A stretch of 14,134 nt of DNA from contig JBHGNT010000896.1 of assembly GCA_043228905.1 (NCBI GenBank), forward strand, positions 1 to 14,134, read 5' to 3'. How positions within the stretch are numbered: the first letter of the stretch is position 1; the number at the start of each line of letters is the position of its first letter. Position numbers and translations under genes: made by a program. Positions 9,989 to 14,134 of this stretch are shown here, one piece after another. The notes beneath the pieces were generated by a model. That model ran no database searches. It saw only the letters and a list, made by a program, of their open reading frames with translations, and was not told the DNA's origin. Source of the stretch: Azolla caroliniana. Its lineage: Eukaryota > Plantae > Polypodiophyta.

Positions 9989-11046
9989 CCATATGGGTGC
10001 ATCTCTTTCATTTTAATAAATTCTCCACTTTGTGAAACACTTTTTTTGCTTCTAAAATTATTGGCTTGGGAACAAACCCCAATGTCATTGAAGAAGGATT
10101 AACTAATGAATGATTGACTCAACTCATGGAAAATAATGTTGTTATTGCTTGTTGTGTTAGGACATTCACACAAGTAGTCCACACTCCACACAAAGGAGCA
10201 AGCTATATGATGCATGAACCTCAAGGAAGGTAACTTTTATTTATTGTGTTGCTAGGCATTGTTCAATCATCAAACATGTTGTTAATCCCTTATCAAACTA
10301 AAACACTACAAATCTTCAATTAACTTCATGAAATTTGAATAACTAAATGCCCTTAAAAGATTAGGATTGTGGAAAGCTCGATGGTAGGATGTACATATAA
10401 TTGAATTCTTGTTAAAGAATTAGATATATTAGAGAATATAATTTTGCAAATGGCTAATAGATATTGTATGGATTGAAGAGTTAGCTACTTGTAACAAAAC
10501 GTGATGTGTTCAAAAAACATTAAAGATGGTAGAACCTTAATTATTTCTATTGTTTAACTTCTCTAGTTGTACTAGCAAGCTATTGCAAACACCAATTCTC
10601 TTTTGGTCTCATATGGTTGTGAGGTTTATATTGTTTAGCCAACCCCCTAATTTTCCATTGGCATTTTTGTGGCTTTATGGTATTGTGGTGTGGATGTGCT
10701 CCTTTGTGCCACCCTTTTAGCACACCCTTTTTAGCCAAGCCAACCTCTTCCGCTTCGTAGGTAGCATCGCCCTCGCCACCGTCACTGACACTCTTGTTAG
10801 TCTCTTGTAGTAGTATCTCTTCCATTAGCACCACCTTAGTTCACTAGTTAGGCCTCCCGACATCCATCGCTTCCTCCATCCAAGTCTTTTTTTAGCGATC
10901 ACCATCTATACCTCTCTAGCACACAAGCCCACTACACCTTCACCTTAGCCACTCTCACTTTCTCACACCACTTTATGTCTTGCCCCACCAACTCTTCCCC
11001 CTCACCTTAGGTTGCCCACTAACTTCTTGTCCCATGAGTTTCTCCA

Positions 11047-11448
11047 ATCCCCCTCCTACACGATAGCCCTCCTGTCCCCTACCTCAACCAAGTCCAGGTG
11101 GCCCTTAGTCCACAAGAGTGATTGATCTTTCTTTGCCAAATGATCTTTTCCCTGATCCCCCTCTGACACGATAACCCTCTTGTCCCCCACCTCAGCCAAG
11201 TCCAGGTGGCCCTCAATCCACAAGAGCGATTGATCTTCGCCGCCATATGATCTTTCCTCGATCCCCCTCCAACACGATAGCCCTCTTGTCCCCCACCTTA
11301 GCCAAGTCCAAGTGGCCCTCAGTCCACAAGAGCGATTGATCTTCGCCGCCATATGATCTTTCTTCGATCCACCTCCGACACGATAGCCCTCCTATTCCCC
11401 ACCTCAGCAAAGTCCAGGTGGCCCTCAGTCCACACGAGTGATTGATCT
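11047..11448. repeat. Tandem array of ~106-bp units, about 3.8 copies
   Basis: Units start ATCC(C/A)CCTC..ACACGATA at 11047, 11155, 11261 and 11367 (periods 108, 106, 106). Shared core: GTCCA(G/A)GTGGCCCT.A.TCCACA.GAG(C/T)GATTGATCT. Confidence 0.95.
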
Positions 11449-11453
11449 CTATT

Positions 11454-11690
11454 CGCCGATTGATAGTTCGTTTTTCGTCACTAGCCCCATCCAACTATCA
11501 AGGCCAACAGTTCCACAGGGATGTCCTCAACGTCGTTGCAACTCAACTACGTGTCCGTAGATGTTTACATCCCCACACCATCTTCACCAAACACCTCAAC
11601 AAGACCCTCAAACATGAGATGGCTGCATAAATCAACCCTTTTCGAGCACTCTATGGGCGTAACCCTCGCCTCACACTAGAATCATCCATG
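11454..11690 (+). pseudogene. Gypsy-type integrase core relic
   Basis: One frame reads RRLIVRFSSLAPSNYQGQQF (cf. II.RFG.P...SDQG.QF), then HPHT..KHLNKTLK (cf. HPQT..ER.NRTLK), a single TAA, then INPFRALYGRNP at 11631-11666 (cf. SPF.ALYGR.P). Confidence 0.65.
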
Positions 11691-11814
11691 GATTTCCATT
11701 TGAAACCTACCATCAGATGCTCCCCCTCCTTCGACAAGCCATTGTTCTTGTTCTTGTTCTTGTTCATGTACATGTCCTGTTCTTGTTCATGCCCCTCAAT
11801 CTCTTGTTTCTCGC

Positions 11815-11824
11815 AGGGGGGAAA
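11815..11824 (+). other. Polypurine tract AGGGGGGAAA
   Basis: Abuts the TG that begins the second terminal repeat at 11825. Confidence 0.7.
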
Positions 11825-11849
11825 TGTGGTGTGCATGTGTTCCTTTGTG

Positions 11850-11969
11850 CCACCCTTTTAGCTCACCCTTTTTAGGATGCATGTACCCAAGTTGACCCAC
11901 CCTTTTAGCACACCCTTTTTAGGATGCGTGTGCCTAAAATGACCCACCCTTTTAGCACACCCTTTTTAG
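11850..11969. repeat. 47-bp tandem repeat (2.5 units) inside the 3' terminal repeat
   Basis: CCACCCTTTTAGC(A/T)CACCCTTTTTAG at 11850, 11897 and 11944. Only one copy is present in the 5' terminal repeat (10709). Confidence 0.92.
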
Positions 11970-12136
11970 CCAAGCCAACCCAAATGGGTTCCGTTGTATC
12001 AACTATAAATTGATTAAGAAGTAAGAAGCTAAATAGGTTGGTTTTGATCTCTTAAGTGCATTTCACAATATAATAGGTGCAATTTTTTTTGAGTGTTCTT
12101 GCAAACCAAATTATCCCACAAACTACTTTCCAACAT

Positions 12137-12462
12137 TGTTGAGCTTGCAAGGAGGTGGTTGCGCTTCCCAAAACTATAGAGGCATTACCTCTACACTATG
12201 ACAAGGGTCACCATTATGGGAGTTGTTAATTGCTATACATGATGGTTCAAATTTCCCTATATACATAATGGTTCAAGTTGGGCGTTGTGAGTTTGCCCCA
12301 CATGACATGAGGAGTTGGTGTTGTGCAAGGTGGTCTACCTTTCTTCCTCATCTTCTTCTTGTCACATATCTTTGTTGTTTGTTGTACACATCTTACCTTG
12401 CAGGTCCTCCTCCTCCTCCTCCTCCTCATCATCAACCGTTGCCCACCATCATATCTCCAACA
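12137..12462 (+). repeat. Putative 5' LTR (326 bp) of the Copia element
   Basis: Terminal inverted TGTTG...CAACA, internal TATATA at 12258-12263, and a (CCT)n run at ~12406-12426. The right end is fixed by the PBS. The left end is inferred because the partner LTR is outside the window. The predicted TSD is AACAT (12132-12136). Confidence 0.7.
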
Positions 12463-12464
12463 AG

Positions 12465-12476
12465 TGGTATCAGAGC
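12465..12476 (+). other. Primer binding site TGGTATCAGAGC, complementary to the tRNA-iMet 3' end
   Basis: Canonical plant PBS located 2 nt after the LTR-terminal CA. Confidence 0.95.
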
Positions 12477-12576
12477 GACCTTGTTGTCCAGCAACAACGA
12501 AAAGCAGAAAATACTGAGAAAGGAAGCTATCCGGATGAAAGAAAAGACCAAGCTAGTAAAATCTACTTTCCAGAAA

Positions 12577-14134
12577 ATGGTGACACGGTCCAACACAAAT
12601 GTGGAATTTCAGAAGTTTGATGGAAAGAACTTCTCCCTTTGGAAAGAGATGATGCATGATGTACTCATCATCCGATGTCAAATCAAGGTTATACGACACA
12701 ACAACAAACCAACCTCGATGACATCAAAAGAATGGCGTTCACTGGACGAGATATCCAGGTCAACCATTCAAATGCATCTGGCCAAGAACATCTATTTCAA
12801 CATGTCAAAGGAGATGATTGCATTCTCTTTGTGGGAAAACCTACAGAAGGTTTACAAGAAGAAATCCTCCTCATCAAAGATGATACTGATTTGACAATTA
12901 TTCAACATGAAGATGAGAGAGACACATCCAACAACCTCCCACATCAACACCTTCTGTTGGGTGTTATCTAAACTCTCCTCCCAAGGGATCAAATTCGAAG
13001 AAGAAGTTAACGCCCTTGCCCTCCTTTCGAGCCTACCGGCAAGTTGGGAGGTATTTTGCATGACTTTTGCCTATAGTTGTTTGAATCTAAATCTAGATGA
13101 GACGATCGGTCAAGTCCTCATCGAGGATATTCGGCAAAAATCAATGAGACTCACTATTGATGAGTCGGTAGAAGCCCACGACTCAACCGAGTCGATCGGG
13201 CGATCCAGTCGATCAAGAGAACTGGTCGAAACTCCAGTCGACCAAGAAAGAGGGGAAACCGACACTGGTCGAAGTCGAGGAATAGTCGATCAAGTGATTT
13301 CTGCACCCACTGTAGAAATGCTGGTCACAATGTTTCCGACAACTAGTCAATCAAGAGGAAGGAGAACGATCGACAATTTGAGCAGAAGTTAGGACGATCC
13401 GACTCAAAACGTTCTCCAATTGGCAACCAAATCAATGTTGGTGACTCCCGATCAGGAGAAATCCTCTCTCTAGAGGACTCAATGATCAGAGAAGTCCTCC
13501 ACAGTGCGCAAGACGTACAAACGTGACTACTAGACTTTGGTGCCACCTTTCACGTGACCCCAAATATAGAATGGCTTTCAAACTATTCGGTCGGAGTTAA
13601 CGACACAGTCTGATTAGGCAACATGTAGGAGTGTGCAATTGATGGGATCAGAGAGGTTCCCATCCAATTGCCAAATGGCAATACTATCACCCTACACCAA
13701 GTTCGACATGTACTCACACTAAAGAGGAGTCTGGTCTCCATCGGCATGTTAGTCGAAGCCGAGTACAAAACAATTCTCAATGAGTCATCATGGATGATCA
13801 GCCGAGGGAATATGAAAATTAGATGTGGATACAAGTACAATAACTTGTATCGGTTGATGGCGATCAGTTCAGAAGGGGCCGTGAACATAGTCGAATTGCG
13901 GGACTCAAACCTATGGCATGGCAGACTAGGCCATATGTCTCAAGCCGGACTAGACCGGTTGATGGCGATTAGCTACATCCTGAAGCTCTAGACAAAGACA
14001 GACTTCTGTGAGTATTGTCGTTACGGGAAATACACTGGAAGTCTGCACTCTCTCCATTACGAGACAATACAACAACCACTAGAGCTCATACATATAGATA
14101 TATGTGGGCCTATGCCCGAGCAATCACTAGTAGG
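12577..14134 (+). pseudogene. Disrupted Copia gag-pol polyprotein
   Basis: Motifs: KFDGKNFSLWK (gag N-terminus), LALLSSLPASW (gag), CTHCRNAGHNVSDN (damaged zinc knuckle, 13302), *LLDFGATFH (damaged WxxDSGA protease, 13524), LWHGRLGH, CEYC and LELIHIDICGP (integrase). In-frame stops at 12892, 13344, 13524, 13611, 13626 and 13989, and a frameshift near 13220. Confidence 0.92.

Larger units (their letters stand above)
10684..11980 (+). mobile_element. Non-autonomous or internally deleted Ty3/Gypsy-derived LTR element
   Basis: A direct repeat starting TGTGGTGTG occurs at 10684 and 11825, both copies ending TTTTTAGCCAAGCCAACC (10745 and 11980). The second copy directly follows a polypurine tract (11815-11824), which follows an integrase-like relic. 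Base composition is C-rich and distinct from the flanks. No PBS or TSD recognised. Confidence 0.7.
12137..14134 (+). mobile_element. Ty1/Copia LTR retrotransposon, 5' portion, continuing beyond the window
   Basis: LTR, tRNA-iMet PBS, then gag, zinc knuckle, protease, GAG-pre-integrase and integrase. Integrase directly after protease is the Copia order. Confidence 0.93.

Noticed and set aside
11047-11448. CRISPR-like array
   Set aside because: Whole units are near-identical with no unique spacers, there are no cas genes, and the context is eukaryotic. It is a tandem repeat.
11056-11494. Minus-strand 98-aa and 93-aa repetitive ORFs
   Set aside because: Produced by the 106-bp array. The period is not a multiple of 3, so the peptides rotate through frames.

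Overview
Eukaryotic nuclear DNA, land-plant-like (possibly a fern or other seed-free plant, which is a guess from overall style). The background is AT-rich and littered with decayed retroelements. Well-supported content: (1) one intronless, GC-rich 532-codon gene on the minus strand (2747-4345) with a GIL1/IRKI (IRK-interacting protein)-type C-terminal domain and a microsatellite-rich upstream region; (2) an intact Pol III tRNA-Ser(CGA) gene (8653-8733, minus); (3) a decayed, 5'-truncated non-LTR (RTE-like) reverse transcriptase remnant starting about 80 bp upstream of that tRNA; (4) a ~1.3-kb non-autonomous Ty3/Gypsy-derived element (10684-11980) with terminal direct repeats, a polypurine tract, a 106-bp tandem array and a compressed integrase relic; (5) the 5' part of a pseudogenised Ty1/Copia element (LTR 12137-12462, PBS, gag-PR-IN) running off the right edge. 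I see no clear evidence of a new multi-gene system. The best leads are the miniature Gypsy-derived element, the tRNA with a Leu-like acceptor stem, and the LINE-tRNA juxtaposition. Family assignments come from motif recognition by eye, not database searches.
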